64,000 bases of DNA from IMG/VR virus record IMGVR_UViG_3300022178_000001; one strand, given 5' to 3'. The notes beneath the pieces are model-generated. The model was not told where the DNA came from and made no database searches. It was given only the letters and a program-made list of their open reading frames with translations. Of the stretch, positions 47,364-57,500 are shown one piece after another (the first letter of the stretch is position 1; each line of letters starts with the position of its first letter). The DNA is from an uncultured virus (IMG/VR IMGVR_UViG_3300022178_000001) (lineage: Duplodnaviria; Heunggongvirae; Uroviricota; Caudoviricetes). A program made the translations under genes and the position numbers.

Positions 47364-48005
47364 TTATTGTCCTACTATCTCTATGCTACCGTCGGCATTA
47401 ATTATGGAAGTACTAAAATCTCTGCTTGTACTCTGACTTGCAGAACTATTAGTTACCGAAAAACTTATTGGCCTGCCTGGTATTTCTAATTGGCCATACA
47501 GAATTGGTACTGGGTCTCCTTCTACTATATTCTGCTCTGATCCACTAAATAGGTAAGCTGCTGGAGCCGACTTATCTGTGGCTGGGTCAGGGGCAAGTAA
47601 ATCAGAGATTGCACTAACAGCTAAATTAATAGCAAGACTCATAGCTAGGGCACCAACTGTAGTGCCTAAAAACGCAATTGGGCCCAGAGGGCTAAATGCT
47701 AGTATTACTAGTAGAATTGCTCCAAAGATTTTTTTAAAATATTTTGCGCCTGCAGGTACTGCTGTTATATATAAATCCTCTCCTTCAAGAGGATTTGTTA
47801 GCTCTTGGTTCTCTTCTAATATTTTGTTTCCATCTATAATTTCAAAACCTACACCCTTTTCATGGCAGTCTATAAAGTATTTTCTTATGCTTGGAAAATT
47901 TGCTTCTAAAAGCTTTACTACCTCTTGTACTGAAGAAGACTCAGACACAATACTATCTACGTATAAGTCCTTTAGCTCCCCTTGTAAATGTATTCTACGT
48001 TTCAT
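47364..48005 (-). CDS. Tail assembly protein (lambda gpI-like)
   Basis: SVQEVV..L.ANFP; hydrophobic middle; YLFSG..N...GDPVPILYG. Confidence 0.88.
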   Translation of the reverse strand: MKRRIHLQGELKDLYVDSIVSESSSVQEVVKLLEANFPSIRKYFIDCHEKGVGFEIIDGNKILEENQELTNPLEGEDLYITAVPAGAKYFKKIFGAILLVILAFSPLGPIAFLGTTVGALAMSLAINLAVSAISDLLAPDPATDKSAPAAYLFSGSEQNIVEGDPVPILYGQLEIPGRPISFSVTNSSASQSTSRDFSTSIINADGSIEIVGQ

Positions 48006-48735
48006 GTCTATATGCTCCTGTTATAAATTGAACCCAAAAAGGGTATAAGCTTTCCTTAGTAGATAATCGATCTGCTGCATGATGAAAAAACATATCACTT
48101 CCCAAGTAAATTCCACAATGGTTATTAACGTGACTTCTTACATTAAATACTAGTAGGTCATTTTTTTCTATATTTGCTATTTCTATCTTTTTTGTAAACC
48201 CATATTTTTTTAAATAACTAGCATTAAAGTAATCTATAGCTCTATCTTCATCTTCCCACCAATTCTTCTCAAAAGGTATTCTCGGAGGAATTTGTATATT
48301 TACAGAATTTAAATAGTCTCTAACGGCTTCAAAGCAGTCTGTTATTCCGTGCTCATATTCTCTGCCAAATAGAGCATTCTCGTAATATCTCGGTTGTACT
48401 ATCGTTAAATCCATTGCAGGGTACCCAAATATGTAGTATGGAGTAGCTAGTGCATTACAAGCTCTTATATCTGTATCTGAAGGAGTAGAGTCAGTATCTG
48501 GGTGACTATGAACTATACCTACAATACTATATTTAATAGCATACTTCATATATTGAACAGAGTCTATCTGAAACTGTTCGTCACTATGGGCATGATTAGT
48601 ACAAGGTAGCCAGTGCAGTACCCCCGCTCTAACTCCTAGTAACCCACAACCCTCTCTAGGATACTCGTCCCTAAAATGTTCTTCTATCTCTGTTAAATAA
48701 TTAGCTAAATTTTGCACTGCCTGGGTACGCTCCAA
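47995..48735 (-). CDS. Tail assembly protein (lambda gpK-like; JAB + NlpC/P60)
   Basis: PREGCG, HSHP...PS..D, GREY..G..DC, NHCGIY. Confidence 0.92.
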   Translation of the reverse strand: MERTQAVQNLANYLTEIEEHFRDEYPREGCGLLGVRAGVLHWLPCTNHAHSDEQFQIDSVQYMKYAIKYSIVGIVHSHPDTDSTPSDTDIRACNALATPYYIFGYPAMDLTIVQPRYYENALFGREYEHGITDCFEAVRDYLNSVNIQIPPRIPFEKNWWEDEDRAIDYFNASYLKKYGFTKKIEIANIEKNDLLVFNVRSHVNNHCGIYLGSDMFFHHAADRLSTKESLYPFWVQFITGAYRHET

Positions 48736-49831
48736 ATGGTAATTCTTTTGTAGTATCTTTTCGTGCTGATACTATTCCGGTTGTTGATATAACAGCTTGA
48801 AACCTACTTTTACAAGAGTCTAGAGTTTTACCACAATAATCTACTCTTTCCCAATATCTACTTTTATTTACTGGTACTTTATCCTCAATGGCTTCGTGAC
48901 CAAGAATGCATCTCCATATAGCGCCGTTATGCCTTACATAGTCGTTGTTTAAGGTGTACGTGCTATCTACTTGATATGTTTCTCCGAGTTCCCAATCTTC
49001 CCACACTCGTATAATTTTCCAAAATTCAGTACTGTCTCCTGGTACATAAGTATTTGCTCCAGTTTCGGATCTATAATATATGCCATCTTTTTGAACGACT
49101 TGATCCACTCCGTAATTACCGGAACTACTAAACCCACTAGCTACTCTTGTTACATATGATTTTGATACTAGAGGCTCATCATAAATATTAAAGTATATTT
49201 CAACTGCACCTGCCTCACCCACAGTCTTATTATCTATTCTCCAAGTACACCCACCCTTCTTAGCTCTTGATTGGCCTTGGTATACCCAAGGACAAAACTT
49301 TCCTATAACTACTCTTGCAGGTATCTGAATATTTTCTAAGTCATAAGGAGTTGCTAGCTCAAATTTTATATATTTATTATTCTCTTCCGCTATCCTATCT
49401 ATATAGTAGCTCTGTCTAGGTAATTCTACATTACTTGTACCTGGCTGTCCTATTAAATACTTTTCTAGTGTTTGCCTCTTAACTAATTTTAACCCTACTA
49501 AATCTTTAAATTTTAAGTATCTGCCCGTTTCTTGCTCAATACCATTTGTGAAGACGTGCTCAACATTAGCAATAGTTAACACTGGCCTGTTTGAGGCTCC
49601 ATCGCTGGTAACACTTAGTCCATCCATTTCTACAGGAATTGCACTATAAGTATTAACTATTCTAGGGTTACTTTCATTATAAAACTGAAGTTCCAGCAGA
49701 GAGTAGTCTACTCCTGGATGAAAACAGAAAGGGTCCTCAGGATCATTAGGGTCTAAGTAGAGCTCATACAAATCAACTATACCTGTATTGATTTCTGTAC
49801 TTTGAGCGTCTGTTGCTATTATATTTGACAT
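48701..49831 (-). CDS. Minor tail protein (lambda gpL-like)
   Basis: RP.LTIANV, FELATP.D, CPWVY, DYCGKTL.SC..RF, LPFGAYP; four-Cys Fe-S motif. Confidence 0.92.
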   Translation of the reverse strand: MSNIIATDAQSTEINTGIVDLYELYLDPNDPEDPFCFHPGVDYSLLELQFYNESNPRIVNTYSAIPVEMDGLSVTSDGASNRPVLTIANVEHVFTNGIEQETGRYLKFKDLVGLKLVKRQTLEKYLIGQPGTSNVELPRQSYYIDRIAEENNKYIKFELATPYDLENIQIPARVVIGKFCPWVYQGQSRAKKGGCTWRIDNKTVGEAGAVEIYFNIYDEPLVSKSYVTRVASGFSSSGNYGVDQVVQKDGIYYRSETGANTYVPGDSTEFWKIIRVWEDWELGETYQVDSTYTLNNDYVRHNGAIWRCILGHEAIEDKVPVNKSRYWERVDYCGKTLDSCKSRFQAVISTTGIVSARKDTTKELPFGAYPGSAKFS

Positions 49832-49846
49832 ACTATTCCTTTTATT

Positions 49847-52837
49847 TTAATCTAAAGCAGTAGAACCGGGGACGTTATCAAACTGACCACCCCCTCCGGA
49901 ACTTGTAGTTGTAACTTTAGGTGGAGCAATACTAATCGTTCCAATAATACTTAGTTTATTTTCAACCCATATTGCAGGATTAAACAATATAGTATCACTA
50001 AATTTTATACTACGGCTTGTAGTCCCTGAATAGGGTTCTAAGGGCCATGTGTACTCTACCTGATTATTTGTATTAGTTATATTGAATGTATAGCGAGTTG
50101 GTTTAGCTATTAAAGAAGCGGAAGCAGCAGATTTAGATCTAGATATATCCGTAATTACTTCGGGGCTTTTACTTATTTGCCTAAATGCATTGCCGCCACT
50201 AGATATTAAGCTAGTAAGGTCTAAAGAACTAGATCCCTCTGAGTCCCATTTAATAGTTTTAGTGGAAAGTGTTTCATATATTGGAAAACCTTCAATAGTG
50301 TCAGTCTGCTGCATTAGATTACATATAGCATGTCCATTTGTCCAAAACCACAGCTTTAAAAATAAACTTCCATAATTAGGGTCCGCTGGCAAAATATATG
50401 CTAAATTTAAATTTACTAATTTTCTAGCACTAGGGGCTGAAGTTCCAGACATAGAGGTAGTTATTGATTTTTGAGGAGTTATTAAATCGGACGTATGGTA
50501 TAATTTAATAGTACCACCTAAATTGTCTATGGCAAGGCCAGGTGCGCTAAAACTATATACAAATTTTCTGTTAAAATTTAAAGGATACTGAGTACCCGCT
50601 GCTACACTATTGGGGGATTGATTGTAAGTAGTAGGTACATTAGTAGTATTATTAAATTCTATTAACCAATCTTTATCAGCGCCGCCAAGAGTTCGTGCAA
50701 TGGCAGTACTTCCTACCATTTTACCATTCTCATACCGGTGTACATCCACAGTTTTTCCTACTTCATTCGGAGGATTTCTAATGAACACTTGAAACCCTAA
50801 ATTGATTTCTTCATTTAGAATAGTGGTTCCAAAAGAGTTTACTTCACTAACAGGTAAAAAAGTACCAGTAACAGAGGGCACTGCAGGAGTTTTAGTAATA
50901 ATAAAGGACTTAACCTTAAAAGCATCTGCTGGATTCAGCGGATCCCATATTTTTACAGATATAGATTGATCTTCACTAGGGGCATTTAAAATACTTAAAT
51001 TATATGGGTTTGTACTGTTATTAAAATAAAAAACTCGCTCGTTTCTTTCACTTCCTACTACTATGGTAGCGGGTGAATCGTAAGTAGGGCACCCACCTCC
51101 AAATATAGTAGTAAGTATAGAGTCATCCCCGATAGCCTTTAGACCTAGTCTTAATGAAGTGCCTTCAGGTATATCTTTGTACGTCAGATCTAAAGCTGCA
51201 TTAATCGGAAGCGCCTGTCTGAAAGGGTAGACTACTTCTCCGTCCTTAAAGCTAGAAACATATCCATTAGTAGAGGTACCCGGAATTGTAGTAATAGGGT
51301 TGTAATTAGTAAATACGAAATCAACATAGTAAAGCTTTTCGGGAGCAGGGGCAGGTAGATTTACTTCAGGTAGAGGTGTAATTGTTATAACTTGAGAAGC
51401 AACAATAACGCCAGATAGAGTAACATTTAAAGTAAAGGTTTGGTCCGTCGAATCCACATCGTCCCGTAGAGTGGGCCCTGTAATTACTGCATTACCGCTC
51501 TCATTAGTTATAAAAGTTCCTGATATAGCAGCAATATTATAATCATTTAAAGTAGCACTTCCCGCGACAAGAGACCAGTTAAAGTCAGTATCAACTTGAT
51601 TAGAAATAAAATCTAATACTACGGTTTCGCCTTCATATAAGCTGTTTGAAGTACCCTCTATTATATTTCTAAGTGAAAGAGCGTAAGTAGGGACAGGAAC
51701 TGAGGCTCCTTCTAACTGTGCTGTTATTACTCCCGTATCAATATTCAAAACATCTGCCTTTTCTCTGATATTTAAATTAAAGGCTTCGGAATTTGGTCCA
51801 ACATTATCTGCTAAGCTTGCTGTAAACGTAACAGTAATATCTTGGTTAAAGTCAACATATTGGCTAATAGCTGTTACAGGATCAGAAACTACAGTTATAG
51901 AAGGATCATCAATAGTCGACTCAAAATAAACCTCAAATTCACTACTGTTTAGCCCCAAATTATTATTAATCCAAGTTCCTTCCTGATTATAGATGAAGTC
52001 ACCTACTAAACTATCACTAAGCCCATAAGTTCCATCAGATTTTAAGTGAAATACTACAGATTGATTGGTTGGAGATTGCGTTGAAAAAGTTAATGTAGGC
52101 GCGGTAAGCTCAAGAGCAAATATATCAATATCAATACTTGCACTTGGAAAATCTGTAAGTGTAAAAGTTAATACTGCTGGAAGTGCTACAATCAAGGGAT
52201 CATCAATAGTTATAGTAATAGAGCCTTGGTTGCCTACTATTACAAAATCTGTGTAATCTCCTTCTACCGTGTATTCAGTAACTCCTGAAATATCAAATGC
52301 TACATAAGACCCATCAGGAACATTCAAGGATAGTAATGTAAAAGTAATAGTTTCTCCCGCCACAGCCTCAGCTTTATTGGATAATAGAGTATACTGTCCT
52401 TGAGAAAATTCTGTCAGGTCTTGATATATTTCGTCATCATTAAATTGTGTAGTTACTATTTTTTGAAATGTACATGCCAAACTTGCAACCTTTTTATTTA
52501 CATAGGTAACATTATACTTTTCGCATACTACAGGAACACCTCTAGCTCCTTCAGTATTACTAGTATCTTTTACATAAAGAAGAAAAGATTCCACCCCATT
52601 TTTAGAGTCAAAAAAGTCTATTAAATCTGAAATTTCAGCATAGCTTCTATTTGAAAAAGTAGCAGTATAGATCTCTTCTATAATATTTATGCCATCAGGA
52701 ACTCGTTCTTCATAGGTGCCCCCATAGCTAACACTACGTACGCGCTGCTTGACAGCAGCTCTAATGCCTCTGTCATATCGCACATATCTGGTAGTACCCT
52801 GTGCTTCTCCTATATTTATACCAAGTTCTTGGGCCAT
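49847..52837 (-). CDS. gpM/Dit-like domain fused to a long Ig-like extension
   Basis: N-terminal ~130 aa ..SYGG.YEER..DGIN....TF.NR...FFD...GV.SF; then ~860 aa beta-sandwich-like. Confidence 0.75.
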   Translation of the reverse strand: MAQELGINIGEAQGTTRYVRYDRGIRAAVKQRVRSVSYGGTYEERVPDGINIIEEIYTATFSNRSYAEISDLIDFFDSKNGVESFLLYVKDTSNTEGARGVPVVCEKYNVTYVNKKVASLACTFQKIVTTQFNDDEIYQDLTEFSQGQYTLLSNKAEAVAGETITFTLLSLNVPDGSYVAFDISGVTEYTVEGDYTDFVIVGNQGSITITIDDPLIVALPAVLTFTLTDFPSASIDIDIFALELTAPTLTFSTQSPTNQSVVFHLKSDGTYGLSDSLVGDFIYNQEGTWINNNLGLNSSEFEVYFESTIDDPSITVVSDPVTAISQYVDFNQDITVTFTASLADNVGPNSEAFNLNIREKADVLNIDTGVITAQLEGASVPVPTYALSLRNIIEGTSNSLYEGETVVLDFISNQVDTDFNWSLVAGSATLNDYNIAAISGTFITNESGNAVITGPTLRDDVDSTDQTFTLNVTLSGVIVASQVITITPLPEVNLPAPAPEKLYYVDFVFTNYNPITTIPGTSTNGYVSSFKDGEVVYPFRQALPINAALDLTYKDIPEGTSLRLGLKAIGDDSILTTIFGGGCPTYDSPATIVVGSERNERVFYFNNSTNPYNLSILNAPSEDQSISVKIWDPLNPADAFKVKSFIITKTPAVPSVTGTFLPVSEVNSFGTTILNEEINLGFQVFIRNPPNEVGKTVDVHRYENGKMVGSTAIARTLGGADKDWLIEFNNTTNVPTTYNQSPNSVAAGTQYPLNFNRKFVYSFSAPGLAIDNLGGTIKLYHTSDLITPQKSITTSMSGTSAPSARKLVNLNLAYILPADPNYGSLFLKLWFWTNGHAICNLMQQTDTIEGFPIYETLSTKTIKWDSEGSSSLDLTSLISSGGNAFRQISKSPEVITDISRSKSAASASLIAKPTRYTFNITNTNNQVEYTWPLEPYSGTTSRSIKFSDTILFNPAIWVENKLSIIGTISIAPPKVTTTSSGGGGQFDNVPGSTALD

Positions 52838-52838
52838 C

Positions 52839-53285
52839 TTATCCTAATCCTACATATGAGTCTGTGATATAACCTTCACCTACATAAGGTTGTACATCTA
52901 TAAATAATGGTAATTCATCTACTTGTATTAATTGTGCCGTTAAAGTCCCTATTGTATTTGTAGTCCACTCTATTGAATAGTCCTTACATATACATGATAT
53001 GACTTTTTCACTTGTTTCAGAGATTGGAACCCTATAAGGGAAAGGATCAATCCCTTTATATCTCCTAAAAAATCTAAAAAGAGTATTAATCTCTGTAGCA
53101 GGTCTATTTTCAAACTTTAAATTGAGTATTTCAGATCTATTATTTATACCTTGCTTAAACTTTTGTGTATAGCCGTCCCCAAAATCAGCATTAAACACAC
53201 TAAATCCAGCAGCTCTAGTGTACCCTCGATCTGGGCAAATATATTTAGGGCTAGTAACAGTTTGAACATTAATACCTATAGGCAT
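52839..53285 (-). CDS. Distal tail protein (lambda gpM-like)
   Basis: CPDR...ADFGDGY.Q....GIN...F.NR...FF...KG..PF. Confidence 0.85.
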   Translation of the reverse strand: MPIGINVQTVTSPKYICPDRGYTRAAGFSVFNADFGDGYTQKFKQGINNRSEILNLKFENRPATEINTLFRFFRRYKGIDPFPYRVPISETSEKVISCICKDYSIEWTTNTIGTLTAQLIQVDELPLFIDVQPYVGEGYITDSYVGLG

Positions 53286-53686
53286 TAGTTATCTCTCTTC
53301 TGGGCAGTATTCCATAATTGAAAAAGAGTTTCTAGCTTCTTATCTTGTTCAGATACCTGACCCTCTAACTTACCTAATTTTATTTCTAAGTTATTGATTT
53401 GCCTGACAATATCAGTAACTTTTTTCAGTTCTTCTGCTTGCATTTTAATTTGTGCATTTTGCATTAAATCGTCGGGTAGAGCGCCTCGAAGCCCTAAGGG
53501 CCACTCTCTTACAAAACTTTCATTTGCTTCTATAGTTTTCATTTGCATTTTAATATCATGCTCAATACTAGTAATTCTAGTCTCTAAGGTAAGATAGGCG
53601 GCAGTAACCATAACTAAACTTGCACCTAACCCGATAAGATTTCGTACAGGTATCTCTAGAGTAGTATTTTCATTTATCTCAGTCAT
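53285..53686 (-). CDS. TM plus coiled-coil hypothetical protein
   Basis: Start MTEINE at 53686; single TM; ends KLETLFQLWN. Confidence 0.7.
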   Translation of the reverse strand: MTEINENTTLEIPVRNLIGLGASLVMVTAAYLTLETRITSIEHDIKMQMKTIEANESFVREWPLGLRGALPDDLMQNAQIKMQAEELKKVTDIVRQINNLEIKLGKLEGQVSEQDKKLETLFQLWNTAQKRDN

Positions 53687-53846
53687 TGCTTCTTTTATTC
53701 CAAAGTTCAAAAAGTACTTTAACTTTTTCCTTAATTTGCTCAATATCAGCATGCATTTTTGCTAGCACAATAACTAAGGTTATAAACCCTACGGCTATGG
53801 GCCATCCCGTATTTACTACTTCTAAAGCTGTCACAAGGTTCTCCAT
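53679..53846 (-). CDS. Small TM plus coiled-coil protein (55 aa)
   Basis: MENLVTALEVVNTGWPIAVGFITLVIVLAKMHADIEQIKEKVKVLFELWNKRSND; missed by ORF track. Confidence 0.7.
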   Translation of the reverse strand: MENLVTALEVVNTGWPIAVGFITLVIVLAKMHADIEQIKEKVKVLFELWNKRSND

Positions 53847-53873
53847 GCACGTCGTGTGCTTATCCTATAAGGA

Positions 53874-54521
53874 TTATTGTTTTACTCTTTTAAATTTAGC
53901 TTCGCAGCCTGCATGAAAATCACTGTCGTACGATATTGAGTACTGTTGACATACTACAGGTACTGCATAATAAGGGTCTTCTCTAACTACAAACGTAAAT
54001 GATTTAACTCCTTCAGTTCTTTCAAAAAATTCTATTATACTTTCTATAATTTCGGGAGGTCTATTAATAAATTTTACCGAATATTCCTCTTGCCTAGTAA
54101 AGGCTCCTTGTTTAATTCTGCCCTCATATCCATCTCCAAATTCTGCTGTCAGAACTTGTGGGGTTATTATCTTTCTAACGTTTCTATCAGGACATACTAT
54201 ATCCTCAAAGCTTATATTAATATTAGGACTGGCTTCTTTTGTCATCGGAACAACAGGCACTGAAACACCTTCGTTATCAGTAGGCGTCAGTCTAGTAACA
54301 GATAAACTATTACTCTGCGAACTCGTAACTAAAAACGTGCCATCATTAGTATAGCCTGCCTCTAAAGAATCACTATTAAGAATAGTTACCACATTTCCAA
54401 TTTTAAAAACACTTAAATCCGTTGTTTCTGCATCTATAGTCCCATTTAGTGTGTTTGATATTCTAGTAAAAGATATATCACTGACAACTTTTAGAAACCC
54501 AATATCAAATCCTACAGCCAT
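53874..54521 (-). CDS. Distal tail protein (gpM-like) with inserted domain
   Basis: CPDR...AEFGDGYE.R...F.NR...FF...GV.SF; directly after tape measure. Confidence 0.82.
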   Translation of the reverse strand: MAVGFDIGFLKVVSDISFTRISNTLNGTIDAETTDLSVFKIGNVVTILNSDSLEAGYTNDGTFLVTSSQSNSLSVTRLTPTDNEGVSVPVVPMTKEASPNINISFEDIVCPDRNVRKIITPQVLTAEFGDGYEGRIKQGAFTRQEEYSVKFINRPPEIIESIIEFFERTEGVKSFTFVVREDPYYAVPVVCQQYSISYDSDFHAGCEAKFKRVKQ

Positions 54522-57500
54522 TAGGCCACTCCATAAGGATTAAGTATCCCTCCAGAACGCTTCTGATTTTGTAGCTCTTCTTGTACTGCCTTCGCTATAG
54601 CATTACCAAGAGTTGCACTATCCTGACCACTAGCATTACTACTAGAAGACGATTGCCCTTTTGAGTCTCCGTCGCCCATATTTACATTAACAGTAACATT
54701 ATTATTTTGATTAGATCCTGCTCTTGAATTTCCTAAGTCAACTGGGACACTTTTACCGTTTGGCATTGGAATAACAGCTTCACTATATCTTCCCTCCCCT
54801 ATTAAAGCATACGTAGGTTTACTTACTATTCCTCCATTTGCCATTGGTACTGGACTTCCTCCAGTAAAGAGACTCATCCCTGCACTTATAACTGAACTAA
54901 GCGCACTACCTCCAGCAGAGCCAACCTGTGAGACTGCGCTGACTAAAATACTTATGAACTTTTGAAAAATACTACCAATTGATGAAACAAATTTAAATAA
55001 CATGGAACCAAAACTCTTAACCGCCCCCACAATTTTGTTTACCATATTTGAAACAGTTGTTGCAAAATCATTCATCGCATCAGAGGAATTCTGCTCGAAT
55101 TTTTCCCGTTTGGTGTACTTCTTGGTGTTGCGGACAATCGACCCCTCATCCTTTGGATTACCTCCATTACCTCCATTAGACTTTTCAAATAAAGACCTAA
55201 GCTTCTCTTCTGGGGTGCCCTCGCCGCCTCCGGGGACTTCATCTTTCTTACAAGCTTGGCATGCGGCTGATATAGCCTCTGCAAGAGTTATTCCACCGTT
55301 TCGAAATGAATTATCTAACCTATCTGCTACAGAAACTCCAGCATCCTCTATTTTTTTCTTTGCTACCTCTGCCCCTTTCTTATGTCCTTTGGCAATATCA
55401 TCTGTAAGAGTCATTCCCTTGAAAATTTTAGAGCCAATTGTAGTTCTTGCTATTGCATCAATGATATTGTCTGTAATTGTTTCTGATACTTTCTTAGCAA
55501 GACTTTTAAGTATGCCGTCTATTAGCCCTAATAAAGAGTCTTTAAAACTAGACTCAGCTCCGATTATTAGATCATTTATTGCCTGTTGGAGTCCTGACTC
55601 AAAACCTTGAGCAATAGCCTGCCTATACTGTTCAAATGCCTCTTGCGTTTGTAATATAATTCCTAATTCTGCTTCTGATTCCTGTTTTTTAAGTCTGGCA
55701 ATTTCAAGACTCTCGCGATCAGTATCCAAGCTATTTGTGTTGTTAGCCTTTATGGCTGTACTAAGTTCTCGAATCTCTGACTCGTAATTACGTATAGACA
55801 TCTGAAGTTTTTCTTGTTGAAGTAATACATCAACTCTTCGTTGCTGTCCGTCAGTAAGTCCTGCCTGAATTTTTTTGCTTCGAGTAGAAAGAAGTATCTC
55901 TTCAACAGCTTGCCTATGAGATATCCTTTGTAGCTTATTATTCCTAGTTAATATAGCTCCCGTATTCTCTAATTGAAGATTCTTAGCCCTTATTATAGCT
56001 ATTTCTGCTATGAGGATATCTACGCTCTCCTGCTCTTCCTCACTTAGCTGTCTTAGGAGTCCTTTTTCATCTACACGTATTTTGTTAAGTATTGCTTCTT
56101 TGTTAAGTATCTCATCAGTATTTTTTCTTCTTTGTTCTTCTATATTTGCAATACCTTGCTGAGCTTGGCTCATATCTTTAGTAAGGGTTAAAAATTCTTC
56201 TTGTGCTATTAACTGTTGAAGATTATAATCCACACCTAAAAGTCGAAGTCTATTCTGTTGTCTTATTTTATCTTCTTTAATATCTTCCAGTGCTAACTGT
56301 GCTTGAAGTTCTTTAGTCTCAGCTAAACGTATTGTGTAGGCTTCTCTTTGTGAGATAGTCAAGTCTTCAAATTTCTTATTTGCAAGAGCTAGAAGATCAT
56401 TATTTTCGTCCTGTTTTTCAGTAATTTTATCTTGTAGGTTGGCCTTCTTAAAATTAATATCTAATATGCTTTTTTCAAAAGCGCTTGCATTTACAAGATT
56501 CTGGGTATAGGTAGTTTGCCGTTGCGCCGCCGCCACAGCAGCTGCGGACTCTCTTGTTACAATGTTCTCTATAATACCTTTCTGGCGCTCCAGCTCCGTT
56601 GTCTGTTTGACTAGCTCATCATATCCGGCTTTATTATCCCTCTCGATAGTCTCAAGTGCTTCCTGCGTTTCTTTAATTGTAGCTAGAAATGCGTCCGCTT
56701 CTGTAGTAGGAGCGAGCTTATTTTGTAAAGTTGTAAACTTATCGTTTGAATCATCTAATAGTTTTCGAGCTTGCCCAGCCGCTCTACCTACCTCTACGAA
56801 TCTCACTCTAGCATTTTCCATAGCCTCAGCATCTGCTGGATTAAACGTGCCCTTTAGCAGCTGGTCCACAAACTGCATATACGTGTTACCAGCGGCAGAA
56901 GCTGTAATTATAGAATCAGTTTGCCCTGCCCAAGCCTCTTTCTGCATTTGAAGAAGTTTTAAATAATCTGCGAGCCCTTTATCTCCTGTACGCTCAACAT
57001 ACTCGTCTAAGCTTTCTCCTGCTCTTTTAGTAGCGTCGCTCTGATCATAATAAGCCTTGCCGAGAGTATATAGCTTTTTGGACAATAGACTTACTCCTAC
57101 TACCCCAGGAATCAATGCAAGCGAGAAGTCTTTAAAGCCTACGCCTTTAGCTATTGTGGCCTGGATATCTTCTAGTTCTTTCTTTGCCTTTGGCAACTCC
57201 TCAGCGAATTTTGCAACAGAACTTGTAACAGCTGCTCCATAAGTTTCAAACTCGTTCTTACCTGTGGAGCCTATAAACTGTCCAAAGCTTTGATACGTAT
57301 TAAGAAGGTCTCCTCCTTCTTCAGACAGTATCTTCTGTACTGCTGCAAAATCTTTATAATCCCCTACAAGACTAGCTAGTTTTTTTCGCTGGAGCTCTAG
57401 TTCACCACTTACTTTTTCTGTTGCTTCCTGAACTGTAAAGAAGCTCTTTGCTACTTCATAGAGTGTATATATTATTCCTACCCAGCCTAAAACAGAGAAA

